Below, piece after piece: positions 47,545 to 59,541 of a DNA stretch of 64,000 bases. The position numbers were made by a program, and so were the translations under genes. The notes under the pieces were generated by a model. That model was given only the letters and a program-made list of their open reading frames with translations. It was not told the origin of the DNA and did not search any database. Each line of letters opens with the position of its first letter. The stretch's first letter is position 1. This stretch comes from Candidatus Dojkabacteria bacterium (lineage in GTDB: Bacteria; Patescibacteriota; Dojkabacteria; SC72; JAFGCJ01), in the NCBI GenBank assembly GCA_016932785.1, contig JAFGCJ010000001.1, positions 10,909 through 74,908 on the forward strand, given 5' to 3'.

Positions 47545-48382
47545 ACAAGACCATAGTAGCCCTTTGGTGTCTGTTATTATGCCTGTGCATAATGGAGAGA
47601 AATACCTTAAGGAAGCGATCGAGAGTGTGCTATGTCAGACATACGCCAAGCTTGAGCTTATTGTAGTCGATGACGGCAGTGACGATGATACTCCTGCGGT
47701 TCTGGCTGAATTTGCAGAACGAGATGACCGAATTAAGGTAAAAATTGTTGAGAGACAAGGCCAGCTTGGAAAAGTTCTGAACATTGGAATTCGGATGAGC
47801 TCTGGTAAATATATTGCCCGTATGGATCATGACGATGTTATGTTACCAGGGAGACTTGAGAGACAGGTGAAATTTATGGAGGAGAATCCTGATGTAGTTG
47901 CGGTTGGAGGACAGGTCGAGCTGATTGATTCCGACGGTGTTGCTACCGGAATCCGAAATTATGCTCTTGACGATGGAATGTTGAAGAAGAATATGTTTCT
48001 GTACAGCCCTTTCGCCCACCCTGCTGTTATACTTCGGAAAGATGTTCTGGAATCGGTTGGCCTATACCCTGAAGATGTAAAACGTGTTGAAGATATTAAA
48101 TTATGGTTCATTATTGGGAAGAAAGGGAAATTTGCGAACGTTCCTGAGGTTGTACTGAGATACAGGGTTGTTGAGGGGTCATGGTCGTTGGAGAATATTG
48201 TTGATCAGTTCAGACGCGTAGATGAGGTTCGGAAATGGGCTGTTAGTGAATTGAGTTATGAAGTTGGATTTTGGGTGAGGTTTTGGTGGTGGCTTCAGAG
48301 GGCTGGGATTAGGGTAATTGGTTTGTTACCGGCTAAGGTAGGTATGACTTTGTTTGAGGTATTTAGGAGATTTGTGAGGTAG
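47483..48382 (+). CDS. Glycosyltransferase family 2
   Basis: VSVIMPVHN, VVDDGSDD, IARMDHDD, FAHPA, VEDIKLW. True start is probably downstream (e.g. TTG 47525). Confidence 0.95.
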   Translation: MDCVLLFIFIKRKLLENQQSKQDHSSPLVSVIMPVHNGEKYLKEAIESVLCQTYAKLELIVVDDGSDDDTPAVLAEFAERDDRIKVKIVERQGQLGKVLNIGIRMSSGKYIARMDHDDVMLPGRLERQVKFMEENPDVVAVGGQVELIDSDGVATGIRNYALDDGMLKKNMFLYSPFAHPAVILRKDVLESVGLYPEDVKRVEDIKLWFIIGKKGKFANVPEVVLRYRVVEGSWSLENIVDQFRRVDEVRKWAVSELSYEVGFWVRFWWWLQRAGIRVIGLLPAKVGMTLFEVFRRFVR

Positions 48383-48517
48383 AATTTCGTCCTTAAGGAC
48401 TCGTCAGTAGAGCAAATTAAGCTCTAGATTCTCTAGGCATAGGACTGTGTTAGGTTGTATTTTCCGGGTCCACCGGCGGTGGGCCTAGAGAATCTTGAAA
48501 CTGGTGGTTGGAGGGTG

Positions 48518-49147
48518 TTACTCGGTCGGGCAGATGCCGTCTTTGTACTCGTTGGGCACCCAGATGGTGCAGTCTGATTCTGTGACGGCACCGAACCCGA
48601 TTACTGCGAATCCCGAGGATGCTTGGGTATGGCGGGCGACCCTAGTGTACGTTTTGCCGTATGGTAGGCGCTCGCCGTTGTATCCCCCGTCATTCCAGAA
48701 CACATCGTATCCGTTGAGGGGAGTTATGAGGCAAACGATCTCTTCGTCGGGGTCCTGCAGCAGTTCCTTGATAACCAGAGGATGCTCCCAGCGGGAACCT
48801 ATAAAGATGTACATGGGTTCAGAAACTGATCCCATGTTCCAGGGTTCCCCGTTGTGGAAGATCTGGAGTGAGAACTGTGCATCTCCGTCCCCCGTCTCGC
48901 GTTCGTCCTCTTGCCCGGCGCAACTTTCGCACTGAGGGATACCATCCCCCAGGGTACAGTTGCACGCAGGGCTCCCACTGTCTCCGCCCTGGCACCGGCC
49001 GCCGCAGCGGTCGGGATTTCCTGTTCCGTCACAGCATACGGCCGGGACGTAGCCCAGCACGGCTGCAATCTCGTCAAAGTTCGTGACGACGAGAAGAATC
49101 AGGAGAAGTGCGGCAAGAATTGCCAATACCCATGTATACCATTTCAT
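48518..49147 (-). CDS. Cys-rich membrane-anchored or secreted protein of high GC
   Basis: AGGAGG upstream of ATG 49147; N-terminal TM/signal segment; 8 Cys in about 40 aa. Confidence 0.8.
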   Translation of the reverse strand: MKWYTWVLAILAALLLILLVVTNFDEIAAVLGYVPAVCCDGTGNPDRCGGRCQGGDSGSPACNCTLGDGIPQCESCAGQEDERETGDGDAQFSLQIFHNGEPWNMGSVSEPMYIFIGSRWEHPLVIKELLQDPDEEIVCLITPLNGYDVFWNDGGYNGERLPYGKTYTRVARHTQASSGFAVIGFGAVTESDCTIWVPNEYKDGICPTE

Positions 49148-49458
49148 TTTGCTTCCTCCTTGCCCATTTAGGGCATGTTTTTGTTTTATCCGTTTTTCGC
49201 CTCCGAACCACCACACAAACATCAATTACTTGATATCTCTGTGGTGGCCGGAGAAACCGGATTAAAGGAGGAAAACCACTTGTTTCTCTAACACTTTTTA
49301 GTCCTATGCCTATTTACTGCAACTAAAACGGTAACACCGATAACTATAAGTTAGCGGGATCAACCAAAGTTACAGTCTTTTAAAGATCCGAGTTCTAAGA
49401 ATTAATCTAAAGAACTCACAAAAATTCGATAATGAACTTTTGTGAACTCTCTACTTAT

Positions 49459-49487
49459 ATTATACTATAGGATAGCGGGTAAATCAA
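49459..49487 (-). promoter_or_regulatory. Putative sigma70 promoter for the Cys-rich gene
   Basis: Minus strand TTGATT, 17-bp spacer, TATAAT; the spacer holds a variant of the dispersed 17-bp motif. Confidence 0.6.
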
Positions 49488-49505
49488 GAACCTAAAAGAG
49501 CGATT

Positions 49506-50282
49506 CTACTTAATTGACGGCAAAAGTTTAACCTTCGAAATAGCCTTGTAAAGGTATTTCACTCTCCTACCCCATGCCTTGGAATATATAATTAGGATAT
49601 CTCGTAGAATGAGCATCATCTGCTTTATATTAGTAATAGTGCTGCCACTTTTAATTTGTGCGAAGAATGGAACGACGGCCACCCTATAGCCTAGTACTTT
49701 CAAAGAATAAAGAATTTCTATATCTGTTGCGAATCTATCGATCTTAAGCATAGGAAGCATTTCTTCAACAACTTCTTTTCGAAAAAGTTTCAAGCCGCAC
49801 AACACATCGTTGACTCCAGCTGGAAGGTCGAGTACTGTCTTGGTAATCAAGACAAGCCCGAGTGTGAAGATTTTTCTGTAGAGAGGAACGTTTACTTTTG
49901 ATTTAGGATGCAGCTTGGATGGGATGACGGCCTTGGTGTCGTTGTCCCCCATTTTCTCCAATGCGACGTCCAGTGATTTCAATTTGATGTCGGTGTCAGC
50001 ATCTGTGAATCCTATGATTTCTCCTTTAGCTCTCTTCATGCCATATCTGATTGCGTATCCCTTACCTCTGTTAGTCTTGTAGTCGTAAATTCGTATTTTA
50101 TTCAGTCCCTGACTGTCAACGAGATCTTTAACGACTTCAAGAGTATTATCCACATGGCCATCGACAACTACTAGCAATTCGAAATCAGGCTCTCTCTTTT
50201 CTAGAAAATTATAGATTCGAGTGAGCTGAGTACCAATGACCTTTTCTTTTTTGTATGCTGGAATGATTAACGAAAGTTTCAT
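49506..50282 (-). CDS. Glycosyltransferase family 2 (polyprenol-phosphate glycosyltransferase-like)
   Basis: LSLIIPAY, VVVDG, NRGKGYAIRYG, FTDAD, DVLCGLKLFR, FATDIEIL. Confidence 0.92.
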   Translation of the reverse strand: MKLSLIIPAYKKEKVIGTQLTRIYNFLEKREPDFELLVVVDGHVDNTLEVVKDLVDSQGLNKIRIYDYKTNRGKGYAIRYGMKRAKGEIIGFTDADTDIKLKSLDVALEKMGDNDTKAVIPSKLHPKSKVNVPLYRKIFTLGLVLITKTVLDLPAGVNDVLCGLKLFRKEVVEEMLPMLKIDRFATDIEILYSLKVLGYRVAVVPFFAQIKSGSTITNIKQMMLILRDILIIYSKAWGRRVKYLYKAISKVKLLPSIK

Positions 50283-50303
50283 CTAGAGCAGTACAAAACT
50301 GAT

Positions 50304-50558
50304 TTATTGGGCGAGTTTTGATCTGATAGCCTTGACTGTTGCAAGGATTGCAGTACCGACTGCAAATGCGATACCGGAGAAGACGTAAAAGGAACTGGTT
50401 ATAAGACCAGTTTCCTCAGGTTCGTGTCCATTGTATGGGTTATCCGATCCTCCTGCAGCTAAAGCTTCGAAGGCATACTTGACTCCGAGAATAGCCATAC
50501 AGGTTATGACTGATACTGCAAAGCCTATTGTTTTGTAGAGTAGTCTTTTTATCTTCAT
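50304..50558 (-). CDS. 84-aa putative sortase substrate (signal/TM segment, short linker, PEETG, TM helix, basic tail)
   Basis: MKIKR plus hydrophobic segment, ALAAGG, HEPEETG, hydrophobic helix, KAIRSK; adjacent to a sortase gene. Confidence 0.7.
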   Translation of the reverse strand: MKIKRLLYKTIGFAVSVITCMAILGVKYAFEALAAGGSDNPYNGHEPEETGLITSSFYVFSGIAFAVGTAILATVKAIRSKLAQ

Positions 50559-50593
50559 AAAAATATAGACAGTAAGATAAATGTTGATAAGTG

Positions 50594-50623
50594 ATTATAA
50601 CAAAAATTGAGCCTGAAAGTCAA
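50594..50623 (-). promoter_or_regulatory. Putative promoter for the 84-aa gene
   Basis: Minus strand TTGACT, 18-bp spacer, TATAAT with an extended -10 TG. Confidence 0.6.
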
Positions 50624-50673
50624 ACACTATAGGACCTTATGGTTGGCATAAAAAGAGTGAGTTTATAGGGTTA

Positions 50674-51351
50674 TCAGTTTACCCGTTTTGCATATCTGAA
50701 AACTCGTACGGGAGAGTTAAAAAGTTTGCATGTATAGAGGATTAAATCGGCATTATAATCCTTAATCTGCGTGTTTTCTTCAGCCTTGTAGATCTCGTAT
50801 TTGTACTTTCTCTGTTTCCAGATTATCTCTACTTTGTCACCTACCTTGGTTTTAGGAAGGTAATAAAACGAGTCTTTCTTCCTAAAATCCCAGCTCCAGG
50901 TAATATATCCGAACCTATGTGCAGCCAGAATTATTGGGACTTTGTCCTCTGGAGTACCGTAATCGTTTACACGCCAGATACCTTTTTCGAGAGTCTTCTC
51001 AGCGTTTGTTCCTTCATGGATTTCTCCGTTTACGCCGATATTTGGAATTATCAGTGTGTTTTTCTTTGTTAGTGACTTATCCAGTTCTGGTAGTTTGACC
51101 TTGTCCTCGTTTGCGTAGTTCTCCTCGTATTTTTTTATAATATCTTCAAAAGAGATCTCCGGGTCTGCTCTAGGCTGTACTGGACCCACAAGAGAATCGA
51201 TCTCCTGGTCAGTTGCGCCTTTGTTAACAAGGTACCACAAGTAAGGTAGCGAAGGTGTAAGCAGAAATACAAGAGACAGAGCAATCAGAGCGAATCCGAT
51301 TAGAGTATAAATGTTTAGAATTTTGTTCAGCAGCTTTGATTTTTTAGTCAT
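50674..51351 (-). CDS. Sortase
   Basis: N-terminal TM helix; LAAHRFG and LYTCKLFNSPVR supply His/Cys/Arg. Confidence 0.92.
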   Translation of the reverse strand: MTKKSKLLNKILNIYTLIGFALIALSLVFLLTPSLPYLWYLVNKGATDQEIDSLVGPVQPRADPEISFEDIIKKYEENYANEDKVKLPELDKSLTKKNTLIIPNIGVNGEIHEGTNAEKTLEKGIWRVNDYGTPEDKVPIILAAHRFGYITWSWDFRKKDSFYYLPKTKVGDKVEIIWKQRKYKYEIYKAEENTQIKDYNADLILYTCKLFNSPVRVFRYAKRVN

Positions 51352-51385
51352 TGAGGTTGATTAAGTATTTCCAATAAATGATAAC

Positions 51386-52357
51386 CTAATTCTTTGTTCT
51401 AAGCCACAGCTCTAGAATCATTCCGCTGGCGTGCCACTCTGAAGCGTTATCTTTCCCGATGTACCGGTAGTGCCAGGGCTCGTAGCTGAATCCTGTCTCT
51501 TGTTCCCATCCTGATGGGAAAGATAAAACAAATCCGTATTTCCAAGAATGTTGTGCAAGCCACTGCCCGGCTGAAGTGTTTCCAAACTGTTGTCCGAGCT
51601 GATCACTTATTTCGTTTGATGTGAAATCTACAGCTGTTCCCAGTTGATGCTGGCTGTGTCCCGGACGGGCTGAGATAGTGTCCGCTGCTGCGGTATCTCC
51701 TCCGTTGTATGCTACCCAGTAATCGTATGTTGCCTGCTGTGTTGAATAGCTTCGATAAGCTGAAAGTGCTGCTACATCTATTCCTGCTGACTTCATGGTA
51801 TCGGCCATGTTTTTTAGGTCTGAGATCATGATATTTCTGACATATAAGCCGGATTTAGTTGTTCTTATTCCAGAATTACTTATTGGGACAAGGTCTGAAG
51901 GAGCATAACTGGATGGAAGCTTGTATTGTTTATTTACAAGTACCAAAAGGTCATTCCCACTTCTTGTACAAGAAAGTATTGTTGAGGGGTATCCGCCGGT
52001 TGAAGTAGTGTTGCCAGTCGAGCTTCCGGAAGATGATTCGTCTGTCTGTCTTTTGTCGTCAATTTCTTTGAGGATGTTTTCCAGAGTCTCTGATTTGAAG
52101 ACCTTTTCGGCAATGTCAGAAGGTGAAGTTGTATCTGAGTTGTTGTCAGTATCTGGAAATATTGCTGATGTGTCGATCTTGCTATAATTGTAACCAAGCT
52201 TGTTGTAATCACTTAAAACGATTAATACTCCTGTTGCGATAATCAGGAGATATATGATTGCAGATGCAAGAAAAACGACCAATATAGATCTAATCTTTAC
52301 CTTTGTCGTCTTTCTTGGTAGTTGATTTGTCTTTTGCTTCTTTGTCATCTTCGCCAT
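51386..52357 (-). CDS. D-Ala-D-Ala carboxypeptidase, M15B/VanY family, membrane anchored
   Basis: [41 protein letters not shown]; overlaps the gyrA 3' end. Confidence 0.94.
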   Translation of the reverse strand: MAKMTKKQKTNQLPRKTTKVKIRSILVVFLASAIIYLLIIATGVLIVLSDYNKLGYNYSKIDTSAIFPDTDNNSDTTSPSDIAEKVFKSETLENILKEIDDKRQTDESSSGSSTGNTTSTGGYPSTILSCTRSGNDLLVLVNKQYKLPSSYAPSDLVPISNSGIRTTKSGLYVRNIMISDLKNMADTMKSAGIDVAALSAYRSYSTQQATYDYWVAYNGGDTAAADTISARPGHSQHQLGTAVDFTSNEISDQLGQQFGNTSAGQWLAQHSWKYGFVLSFPSGWEQETGFSYEPWHYRYIGKDNASEWHASGMILELWLRTKN

Positions 52358-55163
52358 AAACTAGGGCCATTGCTCCAACAGAATCTCCGGTATTGAGTTT
52401 CATTACTCGCACTCCTGATGTCTGTCTGCCAAGCTTGGCTATCTGCCCGATTTCAGAGCGTATGACCTGGCCGTGTTTTGATATGAGAACCAGTTCTCTA
52501 TCTGGCGTATCGAGGATTCTTGCGACAACAAGTTCTCCTGTCTTTTCGTTGACTCTGAAGGTGAAAACACCTTGTCCTGATCTGCCCTGAAGCGGGTAGT
52601 TCTTAAGCTCAGTTCTTTTGCCGTAACCTTTTTCAGAGATTGTAAGAAGCATGTGTTCATCGGCTCTTACAATATCCATGGCAATAACTTCGTCATTCTC
52701 ACTTCTAAACTTTATTCCCCTAACACCCATGGTATTTCTTCCGGTCGGGCGTACGTCCTCTTCCTTAAACTTTATGCTTCTTCCATTCTTTGTTACGAGG
52801 ATAATGATGTCGTCACCCTTCGAAGGTTTGACCCATTTCAGCTCATCTCCGCTCTCGAGTTTAATTGCTATGAGACCGCTTGTTCTTATTTTGTCAAATT
52901 CAGATATATCAGTCTTCTTTACGGTGCCGTTTTTTGTCGCCATGAAGAGGTACTGATACTTGTTAGCAGGCAATAGTTCGTTCTGCTCGGCCTGTCCCTC
53001 CTGGGTCTGATCTTCGTCGACAATACCCTCTTTGCTACGTGTCAGGATAGCTGTAATTCTTTCATCCTGCTCAAGCTGTATAAGATTTACTGCAGGAATT
53101 CCTTTTGCGGTACGACTAAATTCGGGTATTTCAAATACTCTTGTCTGGAATGCTCTACCCTTATTCGTGAAGAATACTATGTGATCATGGGTATTGCACA
53201 TAATGGCGTGCTCAATGAAATCACCTTCTTTTGTAGTTGCACCAATAATGCCTTTACCTCCGCGTTTTTGTACTTTATAGTTTGAAGGTGCCATCCTTTT
53301 GATATAGCCACCGTGACTTAGTGTAACAAGTGTTTCTTCGGCCGCAACAAGGTCCTCTTCCTCTATTTCGTCGACTTTTCCTTTATATATCTTGGTTCTT
53401 CTTTCATCGGCGTACTTTTCTTTAAGTTCTTTGAGTTCATTCTGTACGACCTTGATGATCTTGGATGGTGCTCCGAGTAGGGCTTCGTAGTCGTCTATGG
53501 ACTTGAGTACATTTTTATATTCCTCTTCTATCTTCTGTCGTTCAAGAGCAGCGAGCCTGCGAAGCTGCATGTCAAGAATGGCTTGGGCCTGCACTTCTGT
53601 CAGTTCAAATTTTTTGATCAAATTGTCTTTTGCCTCTTCCTGAGTTTTGGAATTTCTAATGGTTTTTATGACCTCGTCAAGGTTGTCCAGTGCGATCTTT
53701 AGACCCTCCAAAATATGTGCCCTGTATTTGGCATTTGCCAGTTCAAACTCATTTCTTCTGATTATTACTTCGATTCGATGAGTGATAAAGTGTTCGAGTA
53801 TTTGTTTGAGATTAAGTGTTTGCGGTTGCCCGTCCACAAGCGCGATCATGTTCGCGTTGTAGGACTTTTGCATTTCTGTATATTTGTAGAGCTTGTTAAG
53901 AACGGTTTTGGGTTGTGAAGCCTTCTTAAGGTCGATAACAACCCTGATCCCTTCCCTGTTTGACTCGTCGCGTATATCTGAAATACCTTCAATTCTCTTG
54001 TTTTTTACAAGATCTGCGATCTTGGTAATCATGTGGGCCTTGTTTACCTGGTATGGTATTTCTGTGATTATTATTTGGAATTTTCCGCTTTTTGTTTCGG
54101 AAATTGAGGCCTTTGCTCTACATAAAATTCTTCCCCTACCATTGGCGTAGGCATTCATAATCTCACTTTGATCGTAAACAAGTCCTCCGGTTGGAAAGTC
54201 CGGTCCTGGAATTATTTCTATTAATTCCTCTACTGTTATATCTGTTTCGAATTGCGGATACAGGGTGACCGGTCCCTCTTTTTCTGGAATGTCCTCCTCC
54301 TGATTCTGCTGATTGAGGCTTAGTTTTTCCCTTAATTCGTCGAGTTTTTTCTCTAGTTTTTCGTTCTCCGGGTTTGAATATGAATCTAGATAGTGCTCTG
54401 GGGTTTCGGTAAGTGTTTTCGGAATCTTCTCTGTTTTCTCTCTGTCCTGACGCAGGGTATTGTAGATAGCAGTTCCTTCCCACTGGTTGCCCTTATTTAT
54501 CATTTCATCAATTGCGTCTATGATCTCTCCAAGATTATGAGGAGGTATCTTGGTCGCCATTCCTACAGCGATACCGTCTGCTCCGTTGCAGATGAGATTT
54601 GGGATTGCTGACGGAAGTACAGTAGGCTCAAGTCTTGTTCCATCATAATTTGGCGCATATATTACGGTTCCTTTATTAATATCATTAAGCATTTCATGAG
54701 TAATCTTTGTCATTCTTGCCTCTGTGTAACGCATAGCCGCAGGCGGATCACCGTCGATTGAACCAAAGTTTCCCTGGCCATCTACAAGCGTGTATCTCAT
54801 ATTGAAATCTTGAGCCATTTTCACCATTGTTGGGTAGACTATAGATTCACCATGCGGATGGTAGTTACCGGTAGTGTCTCCAGCTACCTTGGCTGATTTT
54901 CTGTATCCCGCCGAAGGCGTGAGACCTAGGTCATTCATTACGACCAGAATCCTTCTTTGTGAAGGCTTAAGGCCATCTCTGACATCTGGGAGTGCACGTG
55001 CAACAATAACGCTCATAGAATAATCTATGTAGCTATCTTTCATCTCTTCAACGATTGACCGTTCTACAATTTTACCCCCTTGAATTGCTGCCTCGTTAGT
55101 CTCTCTACCTGCTGTTCGAGCCTTTTGTGTCGGCTTTTCTGTTTTCTTTTCTTTCTTAGCCAT
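52290..55163 (-). CDS. gyrA: DNA gyrase subunit A with an ~80-aa insertion
   Basis: [34 protein letters not shown], GyrA-box QKRGGKG, C-terminal beta-pinwheel repeats. Confidence 0.99.
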   Translation of the reverse strand: MAKKEKKTEKPTQKARTAGRETNEAAIQGGKIVERSIVEEMKDSYIDYSMSVIVARALPDVRDGLKPSQRRILVVMNDLGLTPSAGYRKSAKVAGDTTGNYHPHGESIVYPTMVKMAQDFNMRYTLVDGQGNFGSIDGDPPAAMRYTEARMTKITHEMLNDINKGTVIYAPNYDGTRLEPTVLPSAIPNLICNGADGIAVGMATKIPPHNLGEIIDAIDEMINKGNQWEGTAIYNTLRQDREKTEKIPKTLTETPEHYLDSYSNPENEKLEKKLDELREKLSLNQQNQEEDIPEKEGPVTLYPQFETDITVEELIEIIPGPDFPTGGLVYDQSEIMNAYANGRGRILCRAKASISETKSGKFQIIITEIPYQVNKAHMITKIADLVKNKRIEGISDIRDESNREGIRVVIDLKKASQPKTVLNKLYKYTEMQKSYNANMIALVDGQPQTLNLKQILEHFITHRIEVIIRRNEFELANAKYRAHILEGLKIALDNLDEVIKTIRNSKTQEEAKDNLIKKFELTEVQAQAILDMQLRRLAALERQKIEEEYKNVLKSIDDYEALLGAPSKIIKVVQNELKELKEKYADERRTKIYKGKVDEIEEEDLVAAEETLVTLSHGGYIKRMAPSNYKVQKRGGKGIIGATTKEGDFIEHAIMCNTHDHIVFFTNKGRAFQTRVFEIPEFSRTAKGIPAVNLIQLEQDERITAILTRSKEGIVDEDQTQEGQAEQNELLPANKYQYLFMATKNGTVKKTDISEFDKIRTSGLIAIKLESGDELKWVKPSKGDDIIILVTKNGRSIKFKEEDVRPTGRNTMGVRGIKFRSENDEVIAMDIVRADEHMLLTISEKGYGKRTELKNYPLQGRSGQGVFTFRVNEKTGELVVARILDTPDRELVLISKHGQVIRSEIGQIAKLGRQTSGVRVMKLNTGDSVGAMALVYGEDDKEAKDKSTTKKDDKGKD

Positions 55164-55299
55164 AAGTGAATTTGGGTTTCTTTAATTCTTATAGTAGCAA
55201 AAGCCCCTGCGACGAGGGGACAAAATATAATAGCGCAAATTCGGTCGGATGTCTAAGGGGTCTAATGACTCGTCTGCTCAAATAGAGTTAACGTTATTT

Positions 55300-56073
55300 C
55301 TAGTTGATTCTCGTTATAGTAACCGAACTCAGAGCTCTCGTGTTCGTTTTCGAAATAGCTCCGTCAATTCTGAAAATAGGAACGGTTGATTCTCTTGGGG
55401 TAAGGTATTTTTGTCTGAATCCAGTCGGATCTTGTTTAAGATCTCTCGACATCTGCCGTATCTGTTCTTCTCCAGCGGGGAATACGTATGCGATTGAATT
55501 TTTGAGATCGAATTCCGTTTCTCCCGAACTTGATCCCGGACCAAGAGATGAAAAGGACTCAAGTTCCCATGTTACTCGGCCCTCTTCACCGGGTTCCACT
55601 CCCTCATCGATCTTTGCAATGGCTAAGGCCCAGGTTCTTTTATGTCTTTTCTCTGTGTCGTTGAGCGCGGTAGCAACTCGAAGTGTGGCCGTTTTATTAT
55701 GAGATAATCTGAGGTCAAGATTTTCCTTTGGTACATAATCTTCAAATTTTCCCGCGTCTTTTTCGGAGTCAGGCTCTATTGATTTTCGTGTGAGCATTAA
55801 GTCGGCTGAGCTTGCTGCTTTGTACTCACGGCCGCCGATTATCACTCTTCTTCCAGAAATATTCTTGTCTCCCTGGAGGCTTACGACCGCTTGGTTCCAT
55901 ATTGTTTCTCCATCAGTCTCATTTGGGGGCATGATTTCCAGAGCACCATTTTTATCGAGTAAGGCTTTGTGGTATTGATGATTTTCTTGTACGGGTTGCC
56001 CTAAAGGTACGGTGTCTGAAGTGTCGTCGGGCATTCCTTGCGGTACGTCATTTGCGGGGATCTCAGCTGCCAT
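55300..56073 (-). CDS. Hypothetical protein (257 aa) with acidic Pro-rich N-terminus
   Basis: Open ORF co-oriented between gyrB and gyrA, with a TTGACA-type element near 56127-56132. Confidence 0.7.
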   Translation of the reverse strand: MAAEIPANDVPQGMPDDTSDTVPLGQPVQENHQYHKALLDKNGALEIMPPNETDGETIWNQAVVSLQGDKNISGRRVIIGGREYKAASSADLMLTRKSIEPDSEKDAGKFEDYVPKENLDLRLSHNKTATLRVATALNDTEKRHKRTWALAIAKIDEGVEPGEEGRVTWELESFSSLGPGSSSGETEFDLKNSIAYVFPAGEEQIRQMSRDLKQDPTGFRQKYLTPRESTVPIFRIDGAISKTNTRALSSVTITRIN

Positions 56074-56143
56074 TGTCGTTGATAATAATTTTATATAAAA
56101 CCATACTAATTAATAAATAGCCCGGGTGTCAAATAGGGTCTTG

Positions 56144-57277
56144 CTATGGGATTGTGTCGTGTTCTTCTGTTGCGTATTTTTTTTCCAGGATTTTGAGTAC
56201 TGTATTATTGAGATATTCTTCTTCTATGTCTGTGTATAGAGACTCTAGGATGCCCTCAGTCGTTCCTGTCGTCGAGGTGCAAAGAATCATGTGGTTTCCA
56301 GCCTTTAGGGCTGTTGTTGAACTTTGGAAAACATCTCGTCCTGTTCCCAGCATTGTTATATTGTCGGTAATAATTAAACCCTCAAATTTAAGTTCTTTCT
56401 TTAGTGTCTCGTCTATCCAGAATTTTGATTTGCTTCCTATCTCATCGTCGATGTATGGATAAAGAGTATGTCCAGTCATCATTCCATCTGCATTGTTTTC
56501 TATGGCCGTTTGAAATGGTTTCTCCTCAGCATCTCTCCAGGTTTCAAGGTCGATAGGTATAGATGGAGTTATGAAATGGCTGTCCCCTGAGGTTCTTCCG
56601 TGGCCGGGAAAATGCTTTACTATCGTGAGTACGTTAGTTTTATTGTATTCATCTACGGTCCATCCGACATGCTTTGATACTAAATCTGGATTGTTGCCGA
56701 AAGCTCTGAGGGCCAGGAAGGAGCTTGTTGAGAATGCGATATCAGCAACTGGGGCAAAGTTCATATTTATTCCAAGATCTTCTAGTGTTGAGGCAATTTC
56801 ATGTGCGGTTTTTCTTGTTTGTTCCTCAGAATCGATTTGGCCTAGTTGGGGTTGGGAGTATTGCGCTGGTGCAAAACTAAGTCTCTCAACTACCCCACCT
56901 TCTTCATCGATAGCTATGAAAAGTGGAGGCAGACCTGAGTCTTTTGCCCAGTTTTGAAGATCTGCGGTTAGCTTCTTGGTCTGTTGTGAAGATTGAATAT
57001 TGGTTGTGTATAGAATAATTCCTCCTGGTTTTATTTCGTTTAGGAATTCTTTCGTCGGTTCGGTTAAAGTTGTTCCGGAGATATTAATTATCATTGTTTG
57101 TCCGGCTTTTTCCTTGTGGTTGAGGGATTCCAGATAATTGTGGGCGAAAACATATTTCTTTTCGACAATATTCGGAGAGACATCTTGGGCTTTTAAAACT
57201 ACCTCCCTGCTGTATGGGAGAAAAAAATTGGCGACAATTGGAAGAATTGACAGGATAGGGAGAATAAATTTCTTCAT
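56144..57277 (-). CDS. GH3 beta-N-acetylhexosaminidase (NagZ-like) with signal/anchor
   Basis: IAIDEEGG.V.R, INMNFAPVAD, RAFG, KHFPGHG...DSH, LIITD. Confidence 0.92.
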   Translation of the reverse strand: MKKFILPILSILPIVANFFLPYSREVVLKAQDVSPNIVEKKYVFAHNYLESLNHKEKAGQTMIINISGTTLTEPTKEFLNEIKPGGIILYTTNIQSSQQTKKLTADLQNWAKDSGLPPLFIAIDEEGGVVERLSFAPAQYSQPQLGQIDSEEQTRKTAHEIASTLEDLGINMNFAPVADIAFSTSSFLALRAFGNNPDLVSKHVGWTVDEYNKTNVLTIVKHFPGHGRTSGDSHFITPSIPIDLETWRDAEEKPFQTAIENNADGMMTGHTLYPYIDDEIGSKSKFWIDETLKKELKFEGLIITDNITMLGTGRDVFQSSTTALKAGNHMILCTSTTGTTEGILESLYTDIEEEYLNNTVLKILEKKYATEEHDTIP

Positions 57278-57332
57278 GATCTCATTCTAGCACAGAAAGT
57301 GCCTTATTAAGAAAAAATAAGACTGAGACAAT

Positions 57333-59300
<1,968 letters not shown>

Positions 59301-59541
59301 TTATTTCCCCGGTTGATGATATAAACGTTCTGATGATGTCAGCATGGATCGAGAAATATCACTATTCAACTCGAGCCAGTTGATGTCATATACTAGTTGA
59401 TTGGTATATCGGGAATCTCTACCTATTCGTTTAAACTACAAGAGTTAAACACGATAAAAGGTCTGGATTCTGTTACACCAATTTACTCCCTTTTAAAACA
59501 AAAAACAAGGGATATTTAAACCAATAATCCCTTTTTCCAGG

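Noticed and set aside
49420..49450. dif-like sequence AAATTCGATAA-TGAAC-TTTTGTGAACT
   Set aside because: The spacer is 5 bp rather than 6 and there is no skew inversion; better explained as part of an imperfect hairpin.
54245..54490. Intein in gyrA
   Set aside because: About 80 aa only, no N-terminal Cys/Ser block or His-Asn end, and not at the known GyrA intein site beside the catalytic Tyr.
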